Source of the DNA: Candidatus Nanohalobium sp.
GTDB lineage: Archaea; Nanohalarchaeota; Nanosalinia; Nanosalinales; Nanosalinaceae
Length of the DNA: 52,003 nucleotides
NCBI GenBank assembly: GCA_042217555.1
Contig: JBDGSL010000001.1
Span: forward strand, 1 to 52,003
Reading direction: 5' to 3'
A program made the position numbers and the translations under genes. The stretch's first letter is position 1. The number at the start of each line of letters is the position of its first letter. Below the pieces are notes generated by a model. The model was given only the letters and a program-made list of their open reading frames with translations. It was not told the origin of the DNA and made no database searches. Positions 1-10,590 of this stretch are shown here, one piece after another.

Positions 1-25
1 AGAAGAAATTAGGAGGTCCGAATCT

Positions 26-652
26 CTACTCTTCCTGCATCTCCTTAATCTTCTTCATGCGGAAGGTTTCTTCTCTGGAGCGTTCCATAAGTACCTGTGA
101 TACATGGTTCAGGGAGTCTGTCATCTCGGGGATGACTTTGTGTTCCAGTGCGTTTACTCTTCTCTTGGTTTTTTCTATCTCGTTGAGCAGTTTGAGGATT
201 TTAGTCTGTGTCTCGGCCGCATCCACGATTTTTTCCAGTAGTTCCTCGTACTTGTCGGCTGTGGAGTCCACTCGGGAAGATGTGGAGCTGACTCCGTACT
301 CCCTATTCAGTACTTTTCTCCGGACTTCTCCGGATTCTATCTCGGGTACTACTACCCCCATGATGTTCTGTGCCTCTGTCTCCAGTTCTATATCCTGTTC
401 CTCAGCCAGTGCATTGGCCTTGACTGCGTCTTCACCGTCGTAAATCTTTGCGAGCATCATCTTGAGCTGGGCTTCGGAGTAGAGATCGGCCAGTTCCTGG
501 TTGACTTCCTGTGCATCATCTATAACCTCCATGAACTCATGGATCAAACCGTCGCGTTTCTTCTCAAGGATTTCATGGCCGTTCTCAGCCAGGTCAATCC
601 TCTCCTTCAAGCGGAGTTCTTCACTTCTCGTCGGTTTTACATCCTGCGCCAT
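26..652 (-). CDS. atpD: A/V-type ATP synthase subunit D
   Basis: KPTRSE...LEKKRDGL and EIEKTKRRVNALEH motifs; last gene of the ATPase operon. Confidence 0.96.
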   Translation of the reverse strand: MAQDVKPTRSEELRLKERIDLAENGHEILEKKRDGLIHEFMEVIDDAQEVNQELADLYSEAQLKMMLAKIYDGEDAVKANALAEEQDIELETEAQNIMGVVVPEIESGEVRRKVLNREYGVSSTSSRVDSTADKYEELLEKIVDAAETQTKILKLLNEIEKTKRRVNALEHKVIPEMTDSLNHVSQVLMERSREETFRMKKIKEMQEE

Positions 653-671
653 CGTCTAAAAATCACCTTGA

Positions 672-706
672 GATTTTTTGCGAGGCCGAAAATCTCTGAT
701 TTTCAA
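672..706. repeat. Dispersed repeat, copy 1 (REP-like hairpin in atpB-atpD spacer)
   Basis: GATTTTTTGCGAGGCCGAAAATCTCTGATTTTCAA; near-identical to 2113-2147. Confidence 0.85.
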
Positions 707-715
707 GGTAGATCA

Positions 716-2092
716 CTACTCCTCTGTGTTCAGGTACTTTTCCTGCAGTTCGTTGTCGATCCTAGTCAGTTCTCCTTCCGGTACTACTTCAAGCAGCTCC
801 CAGGCCAGGTCAAGTGATTCCTCTATATCCCGGTTCTCTCTCCATCCCTGATCTATGAACTCGGACTCAAACTTCCGTGCAAAACTGAGGATTTTCTCAT
901 CACGATCGCTTAAAGCGTCTTCTCCAACGATAGACACCAGGTCTCTGAGGTCTTCACCTTCTGCATACATGGCGTACATCTGGTCGGAGAGATCAGGATG
1001 GTCTTCACGTGTAAAACCTTCTCCAATCCCGTTGTCTTCCAGTCTGGAAAGGCTTGGAAGTACGTCTACAGGAGGCTTTTTACCCTGGTTGTCAAGGTCT
1101 CTGTCAACCACGATCTGGCCTTCTGTAATGTATCCTGTAAGGTCTGGGATTGGATGTGTCTTGTCGTCGTTAGGCATTGTCAGGATAGGGATCTGCGTCA
1201 CGCTTCCTTCACGTCCCTGGATGATACCTGCTCTTTCGTAGAGCTGTGCCAGGTCCGTGTACATGTATCCCGGGTATCCTCTTCGCCCCGGTACTTCTTC
1301 ACGAGCTGCGGAAACCTCTCTCAAGGCGTTGCAGTAGTTGGTCATGTCTGTCATGATGACAAGGACTTCATACCCTTTCTCAAATGCAAGGTACTCTGCA
1401 GTTGTCAACGCCATTCTCGGCGTGATAATTCTCTCCGGTGCAGGATCAGAAGCCTTGTTCAGAAAGACGACCGAGCGCTCCAGTGCTCCTGTCTCCCTGA
1501 ACTCTTCCATGAACTCCTGACTTTCCTCTTCCGTGATACCCATTCCCGCGAACACCACCGCGAACTCCTCGTCTTCTCCCTGAATATCTGCCTGGCGGGC
1601 GATCTGCATCGAAAGCTCGTTATGAGGCAGACCCGAACCAGAGAAGATCGGTAGCTTCTGTCCACGGACCAATGTGTTCATCACGTCAATTGATGAGATC
1701 CCTGTCTGGATGAAGTCCTCAGGTAGTTCCCGGGAGTAAGGATTGATCGCTTCCCCGATGATGTCTCTTTCCTCATCCGGGATAATCTCCGGGCCGTCAT
1801 CAATCGGGTTTCCTGTACCGTCAAGTATCCTGCCAAGAAGATCCTCGGTAACAGGCATCTTGACGTTCTGATCCAGGAACCTGACCTTTGCGTCCCTTCC
1901 GACACCCGTAGTTTCCTCGTATAGCTGGACAATCACTACATCCTTGGAGGTTTCCAGTACTTCTCCTCTCTTCACTTCTCCATCTGCTGTCTCTACCTCC
2001 ACGATATCTCCGTAGGCAATATCTTCGGTTTTCTCCACGAATACAAGCGGGTCCTTAACTTCGTTGATCGTCTGATATTCTTGTTGAGTCAT
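716..2092 (-). CDS. atpB: A/V-type ATP synthase subunit B
   Basis: [45 protein letters not shown] motifs. Confidence 0.98.
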   Translation of the reverse strand: MTQQEYQTINEVKDPLVFVEKTEDIAYGDIVEVETADGEVKRGEVLETSKDVVIVQLYEETTGVGRDAKVRFLDQNVKMPVTEDLLGRILDGTGNPIDDGPEIIPDEERDIIGEAINPYSRELPEDFIQTGISSIDVMNTLVRGQKLPIFSGSGLPHNELSMQIARQADIQGEDEEFAVVFAGMGITEEESQEFMEEFRETGALERSVVFLNKASDPAPERIITPRMALTTAEYLAFEKGYEVLVIMTDMTNYCNALREVSAAREEVPGRRGYPGYMYTDLAQLYERAGIIQGREGSVTQIPILTMPNDDKTHPIPDLTGYITEGQIVVDRDLDNQGKKPPVDVLPSLSRLEDNGIGEGFTREDHPDLSDQMYAMYAEGEDLRDLVSIVGEDALSDRDEKILSFARKFESEFIDQGWRENRDIEESLDLAWELLEVVPEGELTRIDNELQEKYLNTEE

Positions 2093-2112
2093 TAGTTGAA
2101 AACACCTCGGGT

Positions 2113-2147
2113 GATTTTTTGCAAAGCCGAAGATCTCTGATCTTCAA
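2113..2147. repeat. Dispersed repeat, copy 2 (REP-like hairpin in atpA-atpB spacer)
   Basis: GATTTTTTGCAAAGCCGAAGATCTCTGATCTTCAA. Confidence 0.85.
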
Positions 2148-2187
2148 CTGAATCACATTGTGTTGAAATTTTCATTTTCGGCCACCT

Positions 2188-3948
2188 CTACTGCTCCACT
2201 ACCTGTTCGAACTCATCCCTCATCTGTTTCTGGACGTCCTGTTTGACTTCCAGGTAGTCTTCTGAGGTCTGAAGTTCTGATATCCGGTTTTTGGAGTCAA
2301 GGGCGATTATGTCCTGTACTACTGCGCCTTCCTCCAGTGATTCGTAGGCCTGATCAGCCCATTCCAGCACCAGGTCGAGTATGTGGTATGTCTTCTCGGG
2401 ACTTGAGTACTGGTCTACAGGGTGGAAAGCGTTCTGCTGCAGGAAGAACTTCTTGATCATCGTTGCGATCTCCAGGGTCAAACGTTCACGGTCTGGTAGT
2501 GCGTCCTTTCCTACGAGCTGGACTGTTTCCTGAAGATCTCCGTCTTTCTGAAGAAGGTCTCTTACTCTCTGGATCTTTGAGGTCCAGTCCTCATGTACTT
2601 CATCTTCAAAGTAGTCAGAAAGCTTCTCGCTGTAACCTGAGTAGGAATCATCCCAGTTGATCGATGGGAAATGCCTCTTCTCAGCGAGATCAGCGTCCAG
2701 CGCCCAGAAGTTCTTGACAACCCTGAGCGTGTTCTGGGTTACCGGTTCCGAGAAGTCTCCGCCGGGCGGACTTACTGCTCCGATGATAGATACGGAACCA
2801 GGGTCAACGTCTGCTAGAGGATCTACACGTCCTGCCCTCTCATAGAACTCTGCAAGTCTCGAGGAAAGATAAGCCGGGTATCCTCTTTCACCAGGCATCT
2901 CTTCCAGACGGGCAGAAACTTCACGCATGGCCTCAGCCCATCTGGATGTGGAGTCTGCCATCAGTGCAACGTCAAGTCCCATGTCCCTGAAGTACTCTGC
3001 GATCGTTACCCCTGTGTAGATCGATGCTTCACGGGCAGCAACAGGCATGTTGGACGTGTTCGCGATAAGAACTGTACGATTAATGATTTTGTCTCCTGTC
3101 TGTGGATCTTCAAGCTCCGGGAACTCTTCCAGGACTTCTGTCATCTCGTTTCCACGTTCCCCACATCCGATGTAGACGATGATGTCTGCGTCGGAGAACT
3201 TCGCGAGACTTTGTTGTGTAACAGTCTTTCCGGATCCGAAAGGTCCTGGAATTGCTGCTGTCCCTCCTTTTGCGATCGGGAACATCCCGTCGAGAACTCT
3301 CTGTCCTGTGATAAGCGGTACTTCCGGGCGTTTTTCTTCCTCTGACGGTCTTGCATCTCTGATCGGCCATTCCTGTCTCATAGATACTTCTTCGCCGTTG
3401 ACTACAGCAATGGTCCCCTCTACTGTGAAGCTTCCTTCCCTGATTTCCTCTACTTCTCCTTTCTCTGCGTCAGGAGGTAGAAGTACTTTGTGTTCTCCAT
3501 ACTCTACCTCGGTTTTTCCCAGTGTCTGACCGGGTTCAACTTTCTCCCCTTCTTCTACCAGAGGAGTGAACTCGTACTCTTTTTCGTGGTCTATGCCAGG
3601 TGCTTCTTCTCCACGGGATATGAAGTCTCCGCTCTGCTCTTCAAGCTGTGGAAGCGGCCTTTGAAGACCGTCGTAGATACTTCCTAGTAGGCCTGGCCCC
3701 AGTTCCACGGATAGGGGCTGCCCTGTGTTTTCAACCGGTTCACCTGGTTTTACTCCTGTTGTCTCCTCGTAGACCTGGATGTAGGCTTTATCTCCTTCTA
3801 TCTGGATAACTTCTCCCATCAGGCCTTCTTCTCCTACAGATACAACGTCGTACATCTGTGCTTCAAGCCCTGTCGCTATTACGACAGGTCCTGCTACTTT
3901 GTAGATTTCTCCGTCAGTTTCTGTTTCCTGAAGTTCTGTTTGTGTCAT
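2188..3948 (-). CDS. atpA: A/V-type ATP synthase subunit A
   Basis: Walker [31 protein letters not shown]; no intein. Confidence 0.98.
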   Translation of the reverse strand: MTQTELQETETDGEIYKVAGPVVIATGLEAQMYDVVSVGEEGLMGEVIQIEGDKAYIQVYEETTGVKPGEPVENTGQPLSVELGPGLLGSIYDGLQRPLPQLEEQSGDFISRGEEAPGIDHEKEYEFTPLVEEGEKVEPGQTLGKTEVEYGEHKVLLPPDAEKGEVEEIREGSFTVEGTIAVVNGEEVSMRQEWPIRDARPSEEEKRPEVPLITGQRVLDGMFPIAKGGTAAIPGPFGSGKTVTQQSLAKFSDADIIVYIGCGERGNEMTEVLEEFPELEDPQTGDKIINRTVLIANTSNMPVAAREASIYTGVTIAEYFRDMGLDVALMADSTSRWAEAMREVSARLEEMPGERGYPAYLSSRLAEFYERAGRVDPLADVDPGSVSIIGAVSPPGGDFSEPVTQNTLRVVKNFWALDADLAEKRHFPSINWDDSYSGYSEKLSDYFEDEVHEDWTSKIQRVRDLLQKDGDLQETVQLVGKDALPDRERLTLEIATMIKKFFLQQNAFHPVDQYSSPEKTYHILDLVLEWADQAYESLEEGAVVQDIIALDSKNRISELQTSEDYLEVKQDVQKQMRDEFEQVVEQ

Positions 3949-3996
3949 TTATAGACCACCTCGGTAGTCTTCTGCAAGTCGTAGAGTTTGTGTCAT
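3949..3996 (-). CDS. Putative 15-aa upstream mini-ORF MTQTLRLAEDYRGGL abutting atpA
   Basis: Own GGTGA SD-like motif; starts with the same ATGACACAAAC as atpA; its TAA is immediately followed by the atpA ATG. Confidence 0.35.
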   Translation of the reverse strand: MTQTLRLAEDYRGGL

Positions 3997-4092
3997 TTTA
4001 TGTTTCACCTATAGTATGTGTTTTCGAAGTTCGGCTCGACGTGTTTCGTGAGAAGATTCGTTTCCGAATCTTCGAATCTGTCAGTTTTCGTT

Positions 4093-4401
4093 TCATGTTA
4101 TGTCTGCCCCGATAGCTTTCTTGATTTTTTCCTGCAGTCTTTCACTTTCAGCTGTCTCGCTGAGTGAGACGATGACAGGTTCAACCGAGCTTTCTACTTC
4201 TCTACGAATCCTCTTCGGAAGCTGTTTCAGGTCTTCTTCCTCTGCTACAAGTATACCCATGTCGTCTCTTTCCACCAGTTCCTGTATCTTTTCCTGGTAG
4301 TTTTCCGGATTGAACGTTTTCTTCACACCTGCAAGTTCGAATCCCAGTGTGAACTCTTCGCTTCCTATAACTCCGACCTGTTTCTTCTTTTCCTGTTTCA
4401 T
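4093..4401 (-). CDS. atpF: A/V-type ATP synthase subunit F
   Basis: VIGSEEFTLGFELAGV N-terminus, IKKAIGADI C-terminus, operon position. Confidence 0.95.
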   Translation of the reverse strand: MKQEKKKQVGVIGSEEFTLGFELAGVKKTFNPENYQEKIQELVERDDMGILVAEEEDLKQLPKRIRREVESSVEPVIVSLSETAESERLQEKIKKAIGADIT

Positions 4402-4411
4402 TGATAAAACC

Positions 4412-5398
4412 TCAGTTTGGAAGTATAAGCTGTTTTCTGATCGTTTCCTGGTTTTGTATCCCTGTTTCTTTCGCTCTCAGTAGCATCCTGAGGTTTTTGA
4501 CCTCTGTTATCTTCGCGACAACATAGCCCAGTACTGATGAAAGGCCTAAAGGCCTGGTGTGAAGTCTTTTCAAAGCTTTTTCCAGTCTGTGGACTTCGAT
4601 AGCTCTCTCGACATCTTCAAGCCTCTCCCCGACTTCCAGTCCGAACTCGTTCATCACGTGTTGAAGGCCATCTTCGTACTCTTTCCCCAGTAGTTCTTCC
4701 ACCAGTCCGCCGTTCCTGGCAGTTAAAAGTCTTTCTCTGATCTTTTCCCTGCCTACACCGTATTTTTTAAGCCGGAGAACCATCTTAATATTTTCATACC
4801 GCATCTCATCTGTTATAAAGTCCCTGAACTGACTGCTACCGTTGTTTTCTGCCAGTTCCCATAATTCATCGTAGTATGCCTGGTCAAGACCGGTTTCGAC
4901 CTGAGAAACTGTTTCAGCCTGGTTTATGTACTTCTGGTAGTCTACAGGAGAGTTTTCAAAGCTTATGGAGTCTCTAGCTTCTTCGAAACTCATTTCGCAC
5001 AGCCTGTCCAGCTCCTCCTGGTCTACACCGCCTACCGGGTGAAGATAATCCATGGCCTCTTCATCAGCTTTCCTGGCTCTAAGCACTCTTTTCAATGTCA
5101 GTATGTCGTACCTACTGAGATATGTTCTGAGAACTTCCTGGAGTTTGCCATCAGCTTTTTCTACAAGTCCAGAGAGTTCACGGGACAGGTTTCTTGAAAG
5201 TGCAAGTTCTGCCAGTTTTACACCATCATAGTTCGAACCCAGTTCGTCTATATCTTCTTTGTACACACCTTCTCCCATCTTTCTTGAGATCTCATTGGGA
5301 CCCATCTTCAGCATGCTGTCGTAATCCATCTCATCGTACAGCTTGGCCTTCTTCGCGGATACACGGGCGTACATGTATGGATAGTCTCTCTGTATCAT
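4412..5398 (-). CDS. atpC: A/V-type ATP synthase subunit C
   Basis: YPYMYARVSAKKAKL start, EVKNLRMLLRAK end, operon position. Confidence 0.93.
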   Translation of the reverse strand: MIQRDYPYMYARVSAKKAKLYDEMDYDSMLKMGPNEISRKMGEGVYKEDIDELGSNYDGVKLAELALSRNLSRELSGLVEKADGKLQEVLRTYLSRYDILTLKRVLRARKADEEAMDYLHPVGGVDQEELDRLCEMSFEEARDSISFENSPVDYQKYINQAETVSQVETGLDQAYYDELWELAENNGSSQFRDFITDEMRYENIKMVLRLKKYGVGREKIRERLLTARNGGLVEELLGKEYEDGLQHVMNEFGLEVGERLEDVERAIEVHRLEKALKRLHTRPLGLSSVLGYVVAKITEVKNLRMLLRAKETGIQNQETIRKQLILPN

Positions 5399-5946
5399 GA
5401 GCTGTCACCGAACAACCTGTCCGCAACTTCCTTCCTGTACCTGTCCTTCATGTTTTCCGTGATTTTGTCCAGTGAGAAGTCCTTGCTTCTCTCACCGTTC
5501 TCTGATACAAGGATAAAACCATCCATATCCCTTTCCATGAACTCCATCTTTCGCTGATCTACAGCGTCTTCAAACTCTTCAGAACCTTTCACCGTTCCAA
5601 CGTCAAACTCTGCGCTTTCGACCGCTTCCTGCACCAGTTTCTCTCTTTCACCGGCATTCATGCCAACGATACGTTCATTTAAACTGTCGAAGACCTCCTG
5701 AATCTTTTCCTGTTTTGCCTCAAGTTTTTTCTGCCGTGCAGACATCCTTGCATTTGAGAGAACTCTCTTTCTCCTGGATTTCTTCTCCTCTTCTACCTCT
5801 TCCCGGGCCTCATCCTTGATACCTTCAGCTTTTTCCTCCGCCCGGTTTATTATCTCATCTACCTCCTCTTCTGCTTCACTCTCTATCTTATCTGCTTTTT
5901 CTCTTGCTTCCGTGAGGATGTCGTTTTTTACGTCCTGTAGTGCCAT
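5395..5946 (-). CDS. atpE: A/V-type ATP synthase subunit E
   Basis: Charged coiled-coil N-half (MALQDVKNDILTEA), DGFILVSENG C-domain; start moved to ATG 5946. Confidence 0.9.
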   Translation of the reverse strand: MALQDVKNDILTEAREKADKIESEAEEEVDEIINRAEEKAEGIKDEAREEVEEEKKSRRKRVLSNARMSARQKKLEAKQEKIQEVFDSLNERIVGMNAGEREKLVQEAVESAEFDVGTVKGSEEFEDAVDQRKMEFMERDMDGFILVSENGERSKDFSLDKITENMKDRYRKEVADRLFGDSS

Positions 5947-6005
5947 AATATATTTTTCACGTCTTCTAACTCGATTGATCACGTTTTTTGGTTAAAAAGG
6001 CTGGA

Positions 6006-6027
6006 AAAGGGCTGTTGCCAGCCCTTT
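6006..6027 (-). terminator. Hairpin after atpK followed by T-runs on the minus strand (partial terminator or mRNA stabiliser)
   Basis: AAAGGGCTG-ttgc-CAGCCCTTT perfect 9-bp inverted repeat in the atpK-atpE spacer. Confidence 0.5.
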
Positions 6028-6037
6028 CTTCTCTTTT

Positions 6038-6256
6038 TTAGATGAATCCGGCTACGACCAGCGATACGACGAGTCCGAAGATTACGATAGTCTCCGGAAT
6101 AGCTGTCAGGATCAGGACTAAACCGAATAGGCTGTCATCTTCTGCAAGTGCGCCTACTCCTGCTGATCCGATTTTAGCCTGTGCGTATGCTGTCGCGATT
6201 GCTGAAAAAGCGATTGCGACTGCTGCGCCGATAGCTGGGAAACTTCCTATTGCCAT
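6038..6256 (-). CDS. atpK: A/V-type ATP synthase proteolipid subunit K (c), single hairpin
   Basis: 72 aa, two hydrophobic helices, conserved IPET glutamate. Confidence 0.95.
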   Translation of the reverse strand: MAIGSFPAIGAAVAIAFSAIATAYAQAKIGSAGVGALAEDDSLFGLVLILTAIPETIVIFGLVVSLVVAGFI

Positions 6257-6351
6257 AGTGTGAATGTCACCTCAAAATATAGATTTTTTGAAAATTGAAG
6301 CTCCTGCGGTGCTTCTGGGAACAGATTCTACCGAATCTGTGTTCCTTGACT

Positions 6352-8199
6352 TCATTTTGAAGCCTCAGCTCCGAATGGAGCGTATTTTTTTCCGCCTCCT
6401 TCGAAGAACTTTCCGAACATCTCCACGTAGTGAAGACGGATGCCCTGAAGGAAGCCTTCCATGATTTTGATGAACGTGTTGAATACATGGCCGAAGATCA
6501 GGATACCTGTTCCGAGGACGATTCCTGTTATTCCTCCTGCACCGTATGCGGTTTCTGCGATGCTATTTACTACGGCTGCTAGTGCTACTGCCGCAACAGA
6601 TACTCCGAAGATTCGGAGGTAGGACAGGATGTTTGCAAGCAGTGAAGGGATTTCTACCAGTCCTTCTACTCCTTCTCCAAGGTAGAGCAGTGCTATCGAG
6701 AGTGCGAGAACCGGTAGGCCTGCTGTCGGCCCGTAAAAGTACGCGAGAAGTGCTCCTGCCTGTAGCACATACCAGCTTCCTTTCTCCAGAAATGCCTCTC
6801 TAAGACCGTGTTTGATGTACTCGTTGTAGAACCCGATGCCGTAGCCAAGGTTGACGTGTATCAAACCAATCAACGCTGATACCGTGAACACCTGACTGAG
6901 TTCGTGCGCTCTGTGGAAAGGCAGGCCTACAGGCCCCAGTTCAATCATACCGTACTTTATCTGGCTGAAAGCGTGAAGACCCAGTTCATGTGAAAGCACT
7001 GAGTGCTTGCCGTAAAGCACGTAACCGAATGCATCTCCGAACAGAAGCCCGAAGAAGACCGTAGCGACAGATGCGTACATAAGAGACTTGAAGATCTCCC
7101 TGCCTTCAGGGAACATCTTTGAACCTGCGTAGAAAACAGCCAGGGTCGTCAGGCCATACCCCATGTCTCCTATCATGAAACCGAAGAAAAGTGGGAATGT
7201 CAGCATAAGCACTGCTGAAGGATCCAGTTCATTGTATCTTGGAACCGCCACCAGATCTGTAAGTGACTCGAAAGGCTGAACAAGCCTGTTGTTCTCATGC
7301 TTTACAGGAGGTTCCTTATCTGCCTCCTCTTCCTGAATATGTATACTTCCCTCTGCCACCTCTGCCAGTGCCTCTTCAACTTCTCTGTACTTCTCCGCAG
7401 GTATCCATCCTTCTGCAATGAAAGCATGTTCGGTCGTGGCAAAGTTCAGAGGTGCTTCGGCTTTTTCAACTCTCTCCGTCAGGAACCTCTCAACGTGAAG
7501 CAGTCTCCCTCTCCACTCTTCCGCAAGTTCCTCCCTATCCTCTTCAACCTGACGTTTCTCGTACTCCAGGCTTTCCTTCCTGTCATCTATCTCACGGTAA
7601 AGTTCCTCCATGGTCTTCGAACCGTCTACCTGGCTGTCAGGAACCCTGTACTGCTCACTGGAACACTTCTGCAAAGCAGCTTCAACCTCTTCCGCTTCAT
7701 CCCGAGAGTAGATAACTGCAGAGGCAGAAACACCTTCAAAAACCTCATATCTGTCAGTCCCAGCTTTCTCCCCGAACTTTTCCGTGTCCAGTTTTCCTGT
7801 CCAGACCGCAAGCCTCTTCGACTCTGTAAGATCTCTGTACTCAAGGCCTGAACCTTTCAAACGTTTAAAAAACCTGCGTTCATCCTTTACCTGTTCAAGC
7901 TCCCTCTCAAGTTCCTCTTCCCTGGCTCTGAGACTGTCAACTTCATCTGAGATGCTGGAAAACTCTTCCTGAGCTTTTTCAACTGAGAAAACCTGCTGTT
8001 CAGCATCTACTTCTGGGAGCTTGGAGAGCAGAGACCTGACATCTACAAGGAACTCTGAAAGTTCTTCTGCGCTCTCTCCCGGACTGCCTGTTTCAAGATC
8101 TCCGTCGTACTGATCAATATCCATGACTTCAAGCCTGTGAAGCTCTTCAACTACTTCTTCCAGCCGGTTCTTCGGCCCTGTAACGGATATCTTCTTCAT
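6352..8199 (-). CDS. atpI: A/V-type ATP synthase subunit I (a)
   Basis: FFGFMIGDMGYG, ILSYLRI, IRLHYVEMFGKFFEGGG motifs. Confidence 0.97.
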   Translation of the reverse strand: MKKISVTGPKNRLEEVVEELHRLEVMDIDQYDGDLETGSPGESAEELSEFLVDVRSLLSKLPEVDAEQQVFSVEKAQEEFSSISDEVDSLRAREEELERELEQVKDERRFFKRLKGSGLEYRDLTESKRLAVWTGKLDTEKFGEKAGTDRYEVFEGVSASAVIYSRDEAEEVEAALQKCSSEQYRVPDSQVDGSKTMEELYREIDDRKESLEYEKRQVEEDREELAEEWRGRLLHVERFLTERVEKAEAPLNFATTEHAFIAEGWIPAEKYREVEEALAEVAEGSIHIQEEEADKEPPVKHENNRLVQPFESLTDLVAVPRYNELDPSAVLMLTFPLFFGFMIGDMGYGLTTLAVFYAGSKMFPEGREIFKSLMYASVATVFFGLLFGDAFGYVLYGKHSVLSHELGLHAFSQIKYGMIELGPVGLPFHRAHELSQVFTVSALIGLIHVNLGYGIGFYNEYIKHGLREAFLEKGSWYVLQAGALLAYFYGPTAGLPVLALSIALLYLGEGVEGLVEIPSLLANILSYLRIFGVSVAAVALAAVVNSIAETAYGAGGITGIVLGTGILIFGHVFNTFIKIMEGFLQGIRLHYVEMFGKFFEGGGKKYAPFGAEASK

Positions 8200-8217
8200 C
8201 TCTGCAGGTCTGATAAA

Positions 8218-8541
8218 CTATTCACCCAGGTATTCTTCTCCAAACTTTTCCCTCAGATAATCTACGACTTCAGACAGGTTTTCAGAGGCCTGAGAACGGA
8301 TTCTGTCCGCCTCTTCCTCTCCTTCAGATATTATATCCTGTTTCTGTTCCTCAAGGTCGCCTTGAAACTCTTTAAGCTGAGATTCCTTAAGCTCTTCTGC
8401 GTCTTCCTTTGCCTGTTCAACTATGTCCTCTGCTTTCTCCTCTGCTTTCCTCACCTTTTCTTCTTTATCTTCCTCTGCCTCTCTTACTATCTCTTCAGCT
8501 CTTTGCTCTGCTTCCTTTACCTCTTGAACGACCTCAGCCAC
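8218..8541 (-). CDS. atpH: A-type ATP synthase subunit H/G (peripheral stalk)
   Basis: 107-aa E/K/A-rich coiled coil at the head of the operon; GTG start with upstream GGTGAG. Confidence 0.85.
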   Translation of the reverse strand: MAEVVQEVKEAEQRAEEIVREAEEDKEEKVRKAEEKAEDIVEQAKEDAEELKESQLKEFQGDLEEQKQDIISEGEEEADRIRSQASENLSEVVDYLREKFGEEYLGE

Positions 8542-8644
8542 TTGAACTCACCGCATTAAACCCAAACCAGTAAAACGCTTATAAAGCCGATCGAGGACAG
8601 AGAAGAAAAGCTATTTAAAAAAATTTTGCCGATCACTGAACTTT

Positions 8645-9742
8645 ATGGAAAGAGGAGAGGAACGAGAAACAGCCTTTTACTCCAGCAAAAAGGCAGAGAA
8701 AGACACAGAAGTCTTCTTCAACAAAGAGATGAAGACAAACAGAGATCTGTCAGTCCTCGCTGCAAAAGCGTTCAAAGAGGAGATAGATGGAGAGATGAGG
8801 ATCTGCGACGCACTGGCCGCCTCAGGAATAAGAGGGATGAGGTACTCGGGCGAGGGAAAGATCTGGATGAATGACGCCAACCCTACAGCAGTAGAGGCGA
8901 TGAAGAAAGGCCTTGAGGAAAACGATATCGAGGCAGAGGTCTCGGAAAACGATACAAACGTATTCCTCTCAGGAAAGAAGAACTTCTTCCACTTCGTCGA
9001 CGTCGACCCGTACGGAAGCTTCGTCAACTTCCTCGACTCCGCTGCCAGAGCCACCAACCACACAGGATTCGCAGGATTTACAGCAACCGACAACGCAGCA
9101 CCAGCAGGAAGCTACGAGACAGTATGCAGGAGGCGTTACGGATCAAAACCCTTGAAAAACAGCTTCATGCACGAGACCGGCCTCCGGATATACATAAAGG
9201 AAGTCTTCGAAAACTACGCAAGATACGACAAGGCATTCGACCCCAAGGTCTGCTGGCACGAAAGACACTACAGCAGAGTCATGGGACGCGTAACAGAATC
9301 CAAGCAGAGATGCAACAACTCACTGGAAAACATAGGACACCTTTCCCACTGCAATGAATGCGGATGGAGGAAACTGGAAGAAATAGACGAATGCCCAAGA
9401 TGCGACAAAGAGACTCAAAAGGCCGGACCACTCTGGACAGGAAAACTCTCCGACCAACGCTTCACGGAGAAAATGTTGGAAGAGATACCGGAAGAATGGG
9501 AAGACTCCAGAGAACTCCTGGAAAAGATCCATGGAGAGGCCGAGATAATCACGCCCTTCTACGACATCCACGAGCTGTGCTCCAAGCACAAGTCACAGGT
9601 TCCGAAGTTGGAGAAGGCCCTCAACTCAATCGAGGACAAAGGATACCCCGTCTCCCCGACACACTTCTGCCCTACAGGCATAAGGACTGATGCACCACTG
9701 GACGATATCTTAGAGGTCATCAGAGAGTCGAACGAAGACTGA
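8645..9742 (+). CDS. trm1: tRNA (guanine26-N2)-dimethyltransferase
   Basis: VFFNKEMKTNRDLS, DALAASGIRGMRY, DVDPYGS, TATD, C-terminal THF..TGIRTDAP. Confidence 0.95.
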   Translation: MERGEERETAFYSSKKAEKDTEVFFNKEMKTNRDLSVLAAKAFKEEIDGEMRICDALAASGIRGMRYSGEGKIWMNDANPTAVEAMKKGLEENDIEAEVSENDTNVFLSGKKNFFHFVDVDPYGSFVNFLDSAARATNHTGFAGFTATDNAAPAGSYETVCRRRYGSKPLKNSFMHETGLRIYIKEVFENYARYDKAFDPKVCWHERHYSRVMGRVTESKQRCNNSLENIGHLSHCNECGWRKLEEIDECPRCDKETQKAGPLWTGKLSDQRFTEKMLEEIPEEWEDSRELLEKIHGEAEIITPFYDIHELCSKHKSQVPKLEKALNSIEDKGYPVSPTHFCPTGIRTDAPLDDILEVIRESNED

Positions 9743-9925
9743 AAAGCTCCGGATGCCGGAAGTTCGGAAAGCTGAACTACTCTATGTTTATGCTTCCTTT
9801 CGCTGAATATTCTCCGCTCGAGACCCAGAAGTATGTCACACCCTCTACATTCACTTTTCAAACCTTCGGCCCACAACCCGGCGAAACCCAAACAGACTTA
9901 AGTATACAGAATGTATACATCGGGT

Positions 9926-10186
9926 ATGGGTACTGTCAGTGTCAGGATGCCGGATGAGGAAATCGAGAAGCTGGAGAAGATAGCTGAAAGAGAGGGTAAG
10001 AGCCGTTCCGCTGTCTTAAGAGAGTTCGCGGAGGAGAAGATGGAGGATGAAATAGAACCAAATATGGAGGAAATATTTGGAATTATTTCCGAAGAAGAAG
10101 GTGAAGGACTTAAAGAGGGTGTTGAGGAAGTTAAATCTGAAGCAACTGAAAGCTTTGAAAGATCTGTAGAGGAGAAATTCAAATAA
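9926..10186 (+). CDS. Ribbon-helix-helix (CopG-like) antitoxin
   Basis: TVSVRMPDEE...GKSRSAVLRE RHH pattern; stop overlaps start of PIN gene (TAATG). Confidence 0.8.
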   Translation: MGTVSVRMPDEEIEKLEKIAEREGKSRSAVLREFAEEKMEDEIEPNMEEIFGIISEEEGEGLKEGVEEVKSEATESFERSVEEKFK

Positions 10187-10584
10187 TGATTCTAGACACC
10201 TCCTTCATAATAGACTATATTGAAGGCAAAAAATCTGCTAAGAGAAAATATGACAAGTTGAAAGCTGAGGAAGAGAAGATTATCTTGACTCCTGTCAATT
10301 CCTATGAACTCTACAAAGGGGCAGAAAAGTATTACAAGACCGGGAAGGAGCAGGAGAAGATAGAGAAAGCTCTAGAAAAGATACCGGCTGAAAAAGTTCC
10401 AATCAGCTGGGTTCAGGGGAAAGAAACTGCCAATATAGAAAACAGATTGAAGGAAAACGGAAACATGATCGAAACCCTGGATATAATGATAGCAGCACTG
10501 GCTTTCGAAAGAGATGAACTGGTTCTCACCGGTAACCCCGATCATTTTGAGAAAGTAGAAGGAATAGAAGTAGAGAGTTACTGA
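10186..10584 (+). CDS. vapC: VapC PIN-domain toxin
   Basis: MILDTSFIID...DIMIAA...LTGNPDHF PIN motifs. Confidence 0.92.
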   Translation: MILDTSFIIDYIEGKKSAKRKYDKLKAEEEKIILTPVNSYELYKGAEKYYKTGKEQEKIEKALEKIPAEKVPISWVQGKETANIENRLKENGNMIETLDIMIAALAFERDELVLTGNPDHFEKVEGIEVESY

Positions 10585-10590
10585 AAGAAC

